DNA of 64,000 nt from Candidatus Komeilibacteria bacterium (lineage in GTDB: Bacteria > Patescibacteriota > Patescibacteriia > UBA1558 > 2-01-FULL-52-15), in NCBI GenBank assembly GCA_043801745.1, contig JAZDLR010000022.1:65960-129959 (forward strand), written 5' to 3'. The notes beneath the pieces are model-generated. The model saw only the letters and a list, made by a program, of their open reading frames with translations. It did no database searches and was not told the DNA's origin. Each line of letters opens with the position of its first letter. Position 1 is the first letter of the stretch. Positions 54,885-64,000 of the stretch are shown here, in pieces. Made by a program: the position numbers and the translations under genes.

Positions 54885-55184
54885 TCAATTTTGATAGACC
54901 AAAACTCCATAATCTCTATCAGATTTCATACTATCAATAATCTGGTTGACAACAAAACTATCATTTTCTTCAAACTCAACCTCTGATTCAACATGGGTCA
55001 GAACCTCAGTTTGAGTAACATATAAATCCTCCAGTTCTTCTTCGCTCAGAGTCTCAGTTACAATAACATTATATGTAAGTGTTTTATCCTTATAGGTAAA
55101 ATAAATTTTTAGAATCTTCAAACTTAATCTAGAAGATGTAAAGACATATTCAATGGCGCCTTTCAGTCTAGTGATTGGGTTCAT
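54885..55184 (-). CDS. putative cognate immunity protein of the main Rhs toxin tip
   Basis: 99 aa, acidic (EEELEDLYVTQTEVLTHVESEVEFEEND); starts 5 nt after the Rhs stop. Assignment is by position only. Confidence 0.45.
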   Translation of the reverse strand: MNPITRLKGAIEYVFTSSRLSLKILKIYFTYKDKTLTYNVIVTETLSEEELEDLYVTQTEVLTHVESEVEFEENDSFVVNQIIDSMKSDRDYGVLVYQN

Positions 55185-55189
55185 ATTAA

Positions 55190-58100
55190 TTACTTAAGAA
55201 GTTTAAATGGCTTAGATGGCACAAGGTGCGTCCCTGTTTTACTGAAATGAATAGTACCTCTGGTTGTATCGAATAATTTTCCCGTTTTATCGTCGATGTA
55301 CTTACCAATAGTTTCACCGAAATCAATCGTTTCTTTCCATAGCTTTCCCTGATTAAATATTTTTTGACCCTTACCGGCGAATTCATTAATTAGTTTTTGT
55401 GGGTTAGTGTGGGTCACAATACTTTTGCCAACCTCATATGATTCCCCAAGTGCATGCTTAGCTTGCTTTGTAGCATCTATCGTCAGATTCAGTCCCTTAG
55501 TAGCCCCCTTAGCTAGGTCGTCAGCGTGTTTAGCTACAAACCCCGCCCCCTCTTTACTTCCTTTCCCATATCCACCTCCAGGTAGTGCTAATCCTAGGGC
55601 TACGCCACCAACAGACAACGCCTTGTCTGAATTTGATGAATTGGGATTGGCTAATGTGTTAGCAGTATCGTAATAATCATACATTGTTAATCCAACCTCG
55701 ACAACTCCCCAGGCAATTAGAATTAATGGGATAATTTTTCCATCGGGATCTACGTATCGGATAGGATTATTGACCGAATAAGCATAAGAGTTGAGATTCT
55801 GGGGATTCTGGAGATGAATCGCTAACGGTCTACCTGCGCTTTCCTTAAATTGCGCCTCATTACCCAACTCAAATAAGATCGTATCAATACTATTAAATCG
55901 TCCTATTTCCTGATTATAGTAACGTGCTCCAAAGTAAGATAGGTTAGTCTCACCATCGAGCTCTTTACCGGTATATTTATGATTATCACCAATGTTGATC
56001 GTGGTATTACTATAGGATATGGTTCCGTAGGGATAATAATCAGTTGTATCAATAATCTGGCCACTAGTGTCAGTAGTTAAAGAGCTTGATCCTAAATGAT
56101 CCGAGAGATCATAATAAATCCCAGTATTAGGGTCATTTAGGACATCTGTGGCTAATTTAATATTGCCCAGAAAGTAGAAATTACGAGCAGCTCCGCTATA
56201 TTCTTTTTCATAGTACTTATCTATATAGTAGGTAGCACTATCCTCGCTAGCCGGAATAGAGTTTAATTCAATAGGAATCTGGAGTCTATCTGAAGTAGAG
56301 GTAGCTTCGGTATCATCAATAGGTGGCAATACAATATCATCAGTACTGGTAGCGATAATCTCGGGCGTTGAGGTGGCCAGGGGCTCGGGTAAGATAATAA
56401 TATCTGGGGTCGTAGTAGCTAACGGCTCAAATTCGGGTAAGACAGGATCGGTAGTAACTAGTAGCACATCAAGCCGCTGATCATCAACAGTAATATTTGC
56501 GTCTGATTCAGCTGAACCGTCTTCAACCTTTATACTTTGCGCAGCAACCTCCCCACCCAAGGTATCTATATTAGGATCTATTAACTCTACATCAGGCACT
56601 TTAGGATTATTCACTTCCTCCTCTGATGTTGGTTCTAAAGGTACTACGATACTCTGTTGTTCGGGTAAGGGACATTCTTCGTGAGACGGATCACAGGGGT
56701 CGCCTCCTGGAGGAGCTTCGTAGATAATAGTGTGTTTCTTGACTCTTTGATTCGTGTGATCATAGACATATTCCGTGTGATCAGCTGATCCGTCCAGAGT
56801 ACTGCCAGTCATACGGTCGCGCCAGTCGTAGTTTAAAGTATCGGAATTGATAAACCTCACATTACCGTTATTATCATAGGATAAGGTTTTATCTCCGGCT
56901 GTGCGGGCTTGGTGGGGGTTGTTTAAAGTATAAGTGTAGTCCCCGACTCCGGTCTGCGATAAGATATTGCCAATGCTGTCATAAGTGAAACTACGGGTGT
57001 AATTAGTATTACTGGCGGAATTAGTAACAGTTACTGAAAGCAAACGATTCAAATCGTCATAACTATAACTGACATTTTTCGCCAACTGCGTGGCCGAAGT
57101 ATCGATCAAAGTTAAAATATTTCCATTCGGATCATAGATGTAAGCAATATCCTGTAAAACTCGGGAGCCCTTCACACTATGAATACGGGTCAGACGATAA
57201 TTCTGGCTCGCGTCATAAGTATAATCAGTAACAATTCCATTGCCGCGCTCCAAGTGCGCCACCTGACCCATCGGAGAATAAGTAACATTCTGCGCTAAAA
57301 CAGTGGTCTGACTATTTTTAACTTTATTCACCTGACTAACCTGTCCAGCCGAATTGTAAAGATAATCAACGCGCTCGCCTTCAGGATAAGTAATTGATGT
57401 CACGTTGCCGTTCCAGTCGTAGGTATAAGTTAAGACATAACTATTGCCGTCAATCATTCGGGTAACTGTCAGCGGCTTGCCCTGCGGATCATAAGTATAG
57501 ACCGTAGTTAAACCGTCACTGCCAACCACGCGGGTCAATCGACCCAGCTGTCCACTACCCTGATCATAAGTCAGCGTATACTCTGTTCCTGTCTGAGCAG
57601 TGAAGTTCTCGGTTAATAGCCGGTTCAGAGCGTCATAAGTATAATTCGTGGTCTGATACTTCGGATCTCGTTTGTTTAGAACGTTGCCGTTCTTATCATA
57701 AGTATAGGTCCAGTGCATCGGATTACTGACGCTGGCTTTATGCACCATATCCTGTTGCGTCAGATTATCCAAAGCGTCATAAGTAAAGTTACGGATGTTT
57801 CCTTGGCTGTCAGTAATTTTCCTCAGCTTATTGGTTAAAGTATATTCATAATTAGTCGTGTAGATCGAACTGCTGTTAAACTCCTCCACTTTCACCAAAT
57901 TGCCAAACGCATCGTTGGTCAATTTCTTGATCTTGCCCCGCGGATCAGTAATCGTAGTGGTCAAACCATCATAAGCATAACTAGTAGTGCCAGTTAAGAT
58001 GACTTCGGATAATTTACGGTTTAGACTGTCATAAGTGGTGACTTTCGCGTTCGTGAAGCTGGGACTGGAATTATAGGCATTTGAAGATGTAAACACTGGC

Positions 58101-61100
58101 AAGGATTCGCGGTTGACGCGGTCCTGACTGTCATAAGCGGTATAGGAAGTAACATATTGCCCGCTGACATCAGAACGCGAACTTTGGATCACCCGGCCTA
58201 AACCGTCATAGTATTCGCGGGAAGTAACATAATGACCCGTGCTAAAATAATCTTTAACTTCTTTATAGTTCGGAAAATTGGCGTCCTGATAAATTATCTC
58301 CTGTTTTGTAATCAAATTAGCCGCGTTAGCCGGATCAGACACCTCTTTCTTGATCAACCGGCTAAAAGCATCATAAGTATTTTTCTCCTGATAACCATTA
58401 GGATCACGGGAATATAATAATTGTCCGCTTACTGGGTCGTATTCAGTGACAGTCACGCGGCCCAAAGCATCAGTGGTCGTGGACACGAATAAATGCAGGG
58501 GTTCATAAGCTAAAGTTACCGCGGTATTTTCTTTCGGATCTTTCTTAGTCAACGGCAAGCCAAAACTGTCGTAAGTGGTTTCAATGTCAACGGTATTGAC
58601 TTTCAAATCTTCTTTCGTGACATTAGCGCGGTCGATCTGTCCTAAAGCTAACTGGTCGTAATACAGATCCTGATCTTTGGTCTCACCAATACCGGAAACT
58701 ACTTTTGTTTTAGGTGCACCAACAATATACTTTTGACTGTTAGTAGCATAAGCGTAAGTAGTAGTTTTCTCATCGCCAGTCAGCTGATCAATAATATCAC
58801 CACTACCGGTATTAGCAGTAACCTGACCAAGATTTTGTTCTTCCGTGACATTACCCAGAGCGTCATATTCGTAAGTTGTGGCCTGTGATTTGGCTGCTGT
58901 TCCGAAAATAGTTTGCGTGCCGCGCTCAACGAAAGAAAAAATTCTGTTGTCTGGCAAATTCACCGCATTAACCTTACTAACATTTTGCTGTAATAATTGT
59001 CCGCTAGCATTACGAATCTCCTGTCTGAACGGCTGACCTATTTTGGCATAGCTATCCTGATATTCTCCCATAGCCGACCCGTCCAATCCTCCACCCTGAT
59101 GATAATAAGTCGTTATCAGGCTGTCGCTTTCAGCTTTGGTAACCTTACCAAAACCCACAAACCTATTCTGTTTAATATTACTACCGACATAGTAACTACC
59201 GTCCTCATAGCTATAATTTACTGTTTGCTGGTTACCCAATCCATCGTTATAGTCAATTTCCGACACAACCGGCACATTAACGATTGACCGCGGATTCAAA
59301 AGTTGCTGATTCTCATCTTTCAATTGAGCCGAGGCAGCATAGTCAGCGCTAACAATGGTCTGATCCAGCCGTTTAATACTTCGCAGCTTTTGCCAATCAG
59401 CCGGTTGATTAAGAGTACGAACCGAATTTTCCTGCTCTTCATAAACATACTCAGTTTTATAGGAGGTATTATAGCTTGGCATCAGGCTACCGGTAGCATC
59501 AAATAAACGGAATCTGGAATTATAATCTAAACGTTTATTATCTCCCGTGTATTCACCAAAAATAAACGGTATTTGGTAACTGGTATCAATATTCCATTGC
59601 CCATTTCCGCTGTTAATATAAACATTTTTTATGTCTGAATTATTTTGCCAATAATCATGGTAGGACTCAACAAAGTCCGCCAAACCATCAGCGTTTATAT
59701 CCAAAATTTTGAATCTAAAACCATAATCATTCAATACTTGTGTAGTGGTATAATAGGAAAAATCCAGCGGAATGATCCAGGAAGTATCCAAATCCCAACC
59801 ACTCTTACCATTATTAATATAAACAGCCTTCTGATGGGTATTAATCGCCTGATCATACTGTGAATACATTAAATCTGGTAAACCATCACCATTAACATCG
59901 GCCACTCTATATTCGCTCTGACGGTCACTAATTTCATTACTGGAAGCGTGATAAGTAGCAAAATATACAGGTACGGTCCAATTAGTATCAAGGTTCCAAC
60001 CATTAATCCCGTTATTCAAATAGACATGCTGAATATGAGTAGCGGCATTATCATCACGGTATGATTCCACAAAATCAGCCAAGCCATCACCATTAATATC
60101 GGTAAAAATAAACTCCGGTGTATAAACCATCTGTTCACTACCACTAGAAGCATAATTGGCAAAATTTAAAGGTACAATCCAGCCAGTTGCCAATGTCCAG
60201 CCGTTAATACCATTATTCAAATAAACCTGTTGTACTGGAACATTTTCCACGGAATATGACACGACAAAATCTTCCCGCGAATCACCATTAACGTCACCAA
60301 CAACAAATCTGCTTTGATAATTCCAAATCGGCCAGCTACAAGTATCATAACGAAAGGCAAAATCAAATGGTAACTGCCAATCAGAAGTTGTTGCCCAGCC
60401 ATTAACGCCATTATTTATGTATGTTTTCTGATAAATATTTTCCGGACAATCTTGATTACTATGCAACAAGTCGGTCAATGAATCGCCATTAACATCCAAG
60501 GGCAAAAAGGCAAAAGTACCGCGTTGTGAAACATTTGAAACGTCTATAGACTCAAACCTAAAAGGCAGCTGATAATTACCATCAGTGATCCACTCTTTAG
60601 ACGAAGTACCATAATCAAAATCCGTAGCCGGCAGATATTCCCAGCCACTACCATTATTGCCCGCTTCTTTGACACGGCTAATCATTGTCTGGCCTGCTTC
60701 ACCAGCTATAGTCTCTAAATCATATTTCTTCTTAGCCACACCGTTTACCAAAACTTGAATAGTATTAATGGCATATTTGGTAGTCACAGAAAAACCCGCC
60801 TCCTGACTATTGGATATATCCGGTCGTGTACTAATGGGACCAGAATAAATCGGATCAAATATAATTCTATACGGCCCGTCAACGGTGCCATTACCAGTAT
60901 AATATATCGCTTTCGGATAAATAGCGCCGGAATCTTTCCAATACTCGTAGCGCAAAAAATTATCATTGGTGTCACGGATTTCGGCTAAATACCAGCGGTA
61001 AATTTTGCCGGCATCAGCCTGGTCGTTTTGACGGCTGGCACTATCGGAACCAAAAGTATATACAGTACCGGTCTTATCTGTAACTTTCCAAGTCTTGTCA

Positions 61101-61798
61101 GTAAGCCACTCAATTTTATAAAACTGACTTTCCACTTCAACTCCATAAGTACCGTAGCCATCTTGGTCAACAGATAGCGGCAGCAAATTGCCGCCACCCG
61201 GTAAACTTAAAACAAAATCAAAATTGGTATAACGTTTTTCCGTTCCTTGCCGACCCGAACGCTCAATAAAAGGGCTATCTAAGTCCCAACCCAAACCATA
61301 AAACGAATCCTTATTATTACGCTGACTATTATAGGTCAAGGCCAAAGAAGGCTGTAAGCCATTACGGCCCTTAGGAATGTCTAGAGAGTAGTTATAACTA
61401 AAAGCGCCAGTGGATTCAACAACTTGCGCTTGATCATTTTTCCCGATTGCGAATTTATTTGGGTTCTTGGCGGCAAAAAAATCATTACCAGCATTTGGCA
61501 CTTCACTGCCGTCACCACTCGCCTGCTCACTGGTTTCCGGAACAATCGGCGGTAAAGAGCTTTCAATAGTCTGCTTCTGGTCCTGACTAATGTTACTGTC
61601 AGACGCGTCAGTCGCTGTGTCAGCTAACAAAAAAGCACTCTTATTTTCTGGAGTGCCGGCATTAGTGACATTTACTTTACTGGCTGCCAAAACTGGCATC
61701 AATGGCATGCCAACCGTAGTGACGATTAAAAATATAATAACTATTCTGCCAAGCCCGAGATTAGCTCTCAACATATATTTATCATGATTTATAAACAA
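55190..61798 (-). CDS. Rhs/YD-repeat polymorphic toxin (2202 aa) with N-terminal FG-GAP-like repeats and C-terminal variable toxin domain
   Basis: Signal peptide (likely true start Met at 61772-61774: MLRANLGLGRIVIIFLIVTTVGMPLMPVLAA; ORF-track start is TTG). FG-GAP-like DINGDGLADFV, DVNGDGLPDL, DINADGLADFV. Many YD repeats (YTYDALGNV, YDAFSRL, YYDGLGRV, YTAYDSQDRV, YAYDGLTTTITDPRGK). Rhs core ...YFGARYYNQEIGRFNSIDT...NPIRYVDPDGK, then a ~190-aa tip. Confidence 0.9.
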   Translation of the reverse strand: MFINHDKYMLRANLGLGRIVIIFLIVTTVGMPLMPVLAASKVNVTNAGTPENKSAFLLADTATDASDSNISQDQKQTIESSLPPIVPETSEQASGDGSEVPNAGNDFFAAKNPNKFAIGKNDQAQVVESTGAFSYNYSLDIPKGRNGLQPSLALTYNSQRNNKDSFYGLGWDLDSPFIERSGRQGTEKRYTNFDFVLSLPGGGNLLPLSVDQDGYGTYGVEVESQFYKIEWLTDKTWKVTDKTGTVYTFGSDSASRQNDQADAGKIYRWYLAEIRDTNDNFLRYEYWKDSGAIYPKAIYYTGNGTVDGPYRIIFDPIYSGPISTRPDISNSQEAGFSVTTKYAINTIQVLVNGVAKKKYDLETIAGEAGQTMISRVKEAGNNGSGWEYLPATDFDYGTSSKEWITDGNYQLPFRFESIDVSNVSQRGTFAFLPLDVNGDSLTDLLHSNQDCPENIYQKTYINNGVNGWATTSDWQLPFDFAFRYDTCSWPIWNYQSRFVVGDVNGDSREDFVVSYSVENVPVQQVYLNNGINGWTLATGWIVPLNFANYASSGSEQMVYTPEFIFTDINGDGLADFVESYRDDNAATHIQHVYLNNGINGWNLDTNWTVPVYFATYHASSNEISDRQSEYRVADVNGDGLPDLMYSQYDQAINTHQKAVYINNGKSGWDLDTSWIIPLDFSYYTTTQVLNDYGFRFKILDINADGLADFVESYHDYWQNNSDIKNVYINSGNGQWNIDTSYQIPFIFGEYTGDNKRLDYNSRFRLFDATGSLMPSYNTSYKTEYVYEEQENSVRTLNQPADWQKLRSIKRLDQTIVSADYAASAQLKDENQQLLNPRSIVNVPVVSEIDYNDGLGNQQTVNYSYEDGSYYVGSNIKQNRFVGFGKVTKAESDSLITTYYHQGGGLDGSAMGEYQDSYAKIGQPFRQEIRNASGQLLQQNVSKVNAVNLPDNRIFSFVERGTQTIFGTAAKSQATTYEYDALGNVTEEQNLGQVTANTGSGDIIDQLTGDEKTTTYAYATNSQKYIVGAPKTKVVSGIGETKDQDLYYDQLALGQIDRANVTKEDLKVNTVDIETTYDSFGLPLTKKDPKENTAVTLAYEPLHLFVSTTTDALGRVTVTEYDPVSGQLLYSRDPNGYQEKNTYDAFSRLIKKEVSDPANAANLITKQEIIYQDANFPNYKEVKDYFSTGHYVTSREYYDGLGRVIQSSRSDVSGQYVTSYTAYDSQDRVNRESLPVFTSSNAYNSSPSFTNAKVTTYDSLNRKLSEVILTGTTSYAYDGLTTTITDPRGKIKKLTNDAFGNLVKVEEFNSSSIYTTNYEYTLTNKLRKITDSQGNIRNFTYDALDNLTQQDMVHKASVSNPMHWTYTYDKNGNVLNKRDPKYQTTNYTYDALNRLLTENFTAQTGTEYTLTYDQGSGQLGRLTRVVGSDGLTTVYTYDPQGKPLTVTRMIDGNSYVLTYTYDWNGNVTSITYPEGERVDYLYNSAGQVSQVNKVKNSQTTVLAQNVTYSPMGQVAHLERGNGIVTDYTYDASQNYRLTRIHSVKGSRVLQDIAYIYDPNGNILTLIDTSATQLAKNVSYSYDDLNRLLSVTVTNSASNTNYTRSFTYDSIGNILSQTGVGDYTYTLNNPHQARTAGDKTLSYDNNGNVRFINSDTLNYDWRDRMTGSTLDGSADHTEYVYDHTNQRVKKHTIIYEAPPGGDPCDPSHEECPLPEQQSIVVPLEPTSEEEVNNPKVPDVELIDPNIDTLGGEVAAQSIKVEDGSAESDANITVDDQRLDVLLVTTDPVLPEFEPLATTTPDIIILPEPLATSTPEIIATSTDDIVLPPIDDTEATSTSDRLQIPIELNSIPASEDSATYYIDKYYEKEYSGAARNFYFLGNIKLATDVLNDPNTGIYYDLSDHLGSSSLTTDTSGQIIDTTDYYPYGTISYSNTTINIGDNHKYTGKELDGETNLSYFGARYYNQEIGRFNSIDTILFELGNEAQFKESAGRPLAIHLQNPQNLNSYAYSVNNPIRYVDPDGKIIPLILIAWGVVEVGLTMYDYYDTANTLANPNSSNSDKALSVGGVALGLALPGGGYGKGSKEGAGFVAKHADDLAKGATKGLNLTIDATKQAKHALGESYEVGKSIVTHTNPQKLINEFAGKGQKIFNQGKLWKETIDFGETIGKYIDDKTGKLFDTTRGTIHFSKTGTHLVPSKPFKLLK

Positions 61799-62082
61799 AA
61801 TTAGTGTCGGCTATGAAAACCGACGGCTGTTTTATTTTGGCTAACTTTATGTTTGTTTGACCGTTGAAGGTAAAACTTAGGGTGAAAAGCGACGGCTGTT
61901 ATTTCAATGGACGGCCTTTATTAACTTGATTTTAGCAAACTGTAGCGCCATGTCAAACCTATTTGAAGTCCTTTGCTTCTAACAGGGTCAATCCCGTCAA
62001 ATGACCGCAACGGTGCGAATGATATGGTCAATAATAGACAATTGAAGTTGTTATTTTTTAAATAGACATATATCCTATATAT

Positions 62083-63357
62083 ATGCTCCCCACTTCTGTT
62101 GCTGATAATAATCCGAATATGACGGCAAAAAAATTCCGTGATTTGTGGTTAGTGTTCCGGGCTTTAACCTTTATCAATTCTTTTTTCGTCGGCATTACCG
62201 GTCCGCTGGAAGTAATATTTTTTCTGGCCATTGGGTTTAATCCAGCCCAAATTGGCGTTCTAATGGCTGCTCAGGCTATTGGCGTTTTAGTTAGCGATAT
62301 TCCCACAGGGGCTTTTGCCGATCGCTATGGCCGTAAAAAATCTCTGCTTATTTCCTTTGGCTTATTGACTTTAATTTTTTGTCTCTGGACCGCGACCAGC
62401 AGCTACTCAATTTTTTTACTTTTATCGTTCTTCTGGGGAGTCGGATTCGCCTTTCAGAGCGGGACCAAAGTTTCGCTGCTAATGGATCACTTGCCCCTGA
62501 ATGATGATAAACAAAGAACCCGTGTGTTCTCCCGTTTGGCTATATATGGCAATGTTGGTTTATTAGTCGGCGGTGTTGCTGCCACGTTATTGGTGGCTTT
62601 TTCCTTGCGGTCAATTTGGGCCGCAGCCGCCATGTTGCACGTATGTCTGTTCTTAATCACTTTATTCGGAATCCGGAATGATATCAGACAACCCGCGAAT
62701 GAACAGCCTGCCAAAATTCCAATCATCTTTTCTGATGCTTTGAAGGGCGTCCGGTCTTATTTTACTGTCATGCCCTTCCCCCTTCTGCTACTACTGGAAA
62801 CAGTCACTGCCATTATTTTGTCGGGGTATGGAATCATTATTCCAATTTTTTTGCGCCTTAATTGGCATATTCAGGATGCGGATTTTGGTTTACTTGGCAG
62901 TTTAGCTGCCGCCATGGGTATTATCGGAGCACTAATCGGTGAACGGCTAAACCGGCGTTGGGGTTTCCTAGCCACCGCCAGTCTATTTGCTATCATTCTG
63001 GTGTTACTTTTTACGGGCTTGGCGTCAGCATCGCTAATTATTGTGGCCCTGACTTGCTACGCTCTGATAGAGCTATTACTGTTTGGCTGGGATCCCATTC
63101 AACAATCGCTGATTAATCACTTTCTGCCTGACGACACCAGAACCCTTATGCTTTCCGTCAGCTCCTCAACAAGTCTAATCGTAGGTTCCCTGGCTCAAAT
63201 TGCTATCGGAGCATTACTGATAATAATTCAGCCACAACCATTAATTATCGCGTTAGGGGTATTGTTCTTACTCTGGCCATTAGTTATCAGTTTACTAATG
63301 GGCTACAAGAAGATCCCATCACTAACTGAAAATAAAGAACCGCCCGGCAACCACTAA
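62083..63357 (+). CDS. MFS transporter
   Basis: About 12 TM helices; MFS motif GAFADRYGRKK between TM2 and TM3. Confidence 0.8.
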   Translation: MLPTSVADNNPNMTAKKFRDLWLVFRALTFINSFFVGITGPLEVIFFLAIGFNPAQIGVLMAAQAIGVLVSDIPTGAFADRYGRKKSLLISFGLLTLIFCLWTATSSYSIFLLLSFFWGVGFAFQSGTKVSLLMDHLPLNDDKQRTRVFSRLAIYGNVGLLVGGVAATLLVAFSLRSIWAAAAMLHVCLFLITLFGIRNDIRQPANEQPAKIPIIFSDALKGVRSYFTVMPFPLLLLLETVTAIILSGYGIIIPIFLRLNWHIQDADFGLLGSLAAAMGIIGALIGERLNRRWGFLATASLFAIILVLLFTGLASASLIIVALTCYALIELLLFGWDPIQQSLINHFLPDDTRTLMLSVSSSTSLIVGSLAQIAIGALLIIIQPQPLIIALGVLFLLWPLVISLLMGYKKIPSLTENKEPPGNH

Positions 63358-63409
63358 GGTCACCGGGCTCCTAGTAACGTTTCTCCAGCGTCAGCCTAAG
63401 CTAATCTCA

Positions 63410-63862
63410 TCAATCCTCGCCCTCCCAGCCGTATTCGTAAAACTTGACGCCACTTAAAACCTTGGTAATAGCATCGCGCGTAAAAGGAATTGTATTTGAC
63501 GGGAGAGACTCTAAGGAAAAAAATTTTACTTCAGAACATTTATCAGGTTCATTATTTTTAATTTCTCCGCTCCACTTCCTGCAAATAGCGTAAAATTGAA
63601 TTAGCTCTGATTTCGTCCTATTAACATAGCTGTGGCACACTGTGCTAATTTCCAGATCCTCCGGCAAAATTTTTACCCCAGTTTCTTCATTAGCTTCCCG
63701 TATCATCGCCTGAGTTACTGTTTCCATGCCGTCAAGATGACCGGCCACTAAACCGTAAAATCCATCTGAACTAATACCCTTTCTCAGCAACAATAGTATT
63801 TCTTTATCCTTCAAAAAAAGAATATGAACTGATATTGGAGCTTGGAAGTGGTCTGCTGTCAC
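63410..63862 (-). CDS. NUDIX hydrolase
   Basis: Nudix box GHLDGMETVTQAMIREANEETGV (G(x5)E(x7)REUxEExGU). Confidence 0.8.
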   Translation of the reverse strand: MTADHFQAPISVHILFLKDKEILLLLRKGISSDGFYGLVAGHLDGMETVTQAMIREANEETGVKILPEDLEISTVCHSYVNRTKSELIQFYAICRKWSGEIKNNEPDKCSEVKFFSLESLPSNTIPFTRDAITKVLSGVKFYEYGWEGED

Positions 63863-64000
63863 AGAATAATTAAACTTAACTAAAAAAATTTAATAGCTCC
63901 CCAGACAACGCCAACAATTACCAAACAAACGAGCATTACTCTCGCCCACTGAGCGTCAGCTTCAAGTAACCAAAATATATTTTTCATGATTTATACAACT

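Noticed and set aside
55186-55386. 66-aa ORF overlapping the 3' end of the rhs gene
   Set aside because: Entirely nested in another frame of the 2202-aa Rhs CDS; no independent signals.
1-64000. CRISPR arrays, integrases, transposases, prophage structural genes
   Set aside because: No regularly spaced direct-repeat/spacer array. No ORF showing integrase (R…HxxR…Y), DDE transposase or phage capsid/terminase motifs. The only mobile-type features are the small non-autonomous repeats and the Rhs cassette array.

Overview
The window is 64 kb of AT-rich bacterial chromosome, with coding regions roughly 40-45% GC by eye. Almost all genes are on the minus strand, and many core genes lack a Shine-Dalgarno sequence. 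Gene content suggests a small-genome Patescibacteria/CPR-like organism, but that is an inference, not a demonstrated assignment. In window order:
(1) A cell-envelope glycosylation cluster at 1-5801: two paralogous O-antigen-ligase-like membrane proteins, a TPR protein and an ArnT/PMT-like GT-C glycosyltransferase.
(2) Two large secreted repeat-rich surface proteins (643 and 1247 aa). The second is preceded by a 617-bp GC-rich untranslated region.
(3) An ECF sigma/anti-sigma pair lying divergent to a small HTH gene that is flanked by ~55-bp direct repeats.
(4) An HtrA-like PDZ protein with membrane proteins, then uppS, one tRNA-Glu(CUC) and a hypothetical gene.
(5) A dcw cluster: mraZ-rsmH-ftsL-ftsI-murF.
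(6) A 1.5-kb GC-rich three-gene island: a P-loop kinase-like protein plus two unknowns, each with a strong GGAGG Shine-Dalgarno.
(7) tsaB, a beta-propeller membrane protein and a DUF457 hydrolase.
(8) rplJ-rplL. Directly upstream, on the opposite strand, is a 1.9-kb ORF-free GC-rich region with a strong promoter and an intrinsic terminator bounding a ~1.2-kb candidate structured ncRNA of unknown class.
(9) mltG, uppP, a DUF212 protein and mutM.
(10) A glycolysis block: two tandem gpmI paralogs, eno, a SIMPL protein and pgk.
(11) A 14-kb Rhs/YD-repeat polymorphic-toxin locus: a 2202-aa Rhs protein followed by three orphan C-terminal toxin cassettes, each with a downstream small gene, separated by near-identical ~250-bp recombination handles, plus degenerate cassette remnants.
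(12) An MFS transporter and a NUDIX hydrolase.
Several dispersed small repeat families were also found: a MITE-like element in two copies, 12-bp CCCCGTTAGAGA inverted-repeat pairs, a TTAGG-rich promoter-upstream motif, CUGU-loop hairpins and heptamer tandem repeats.
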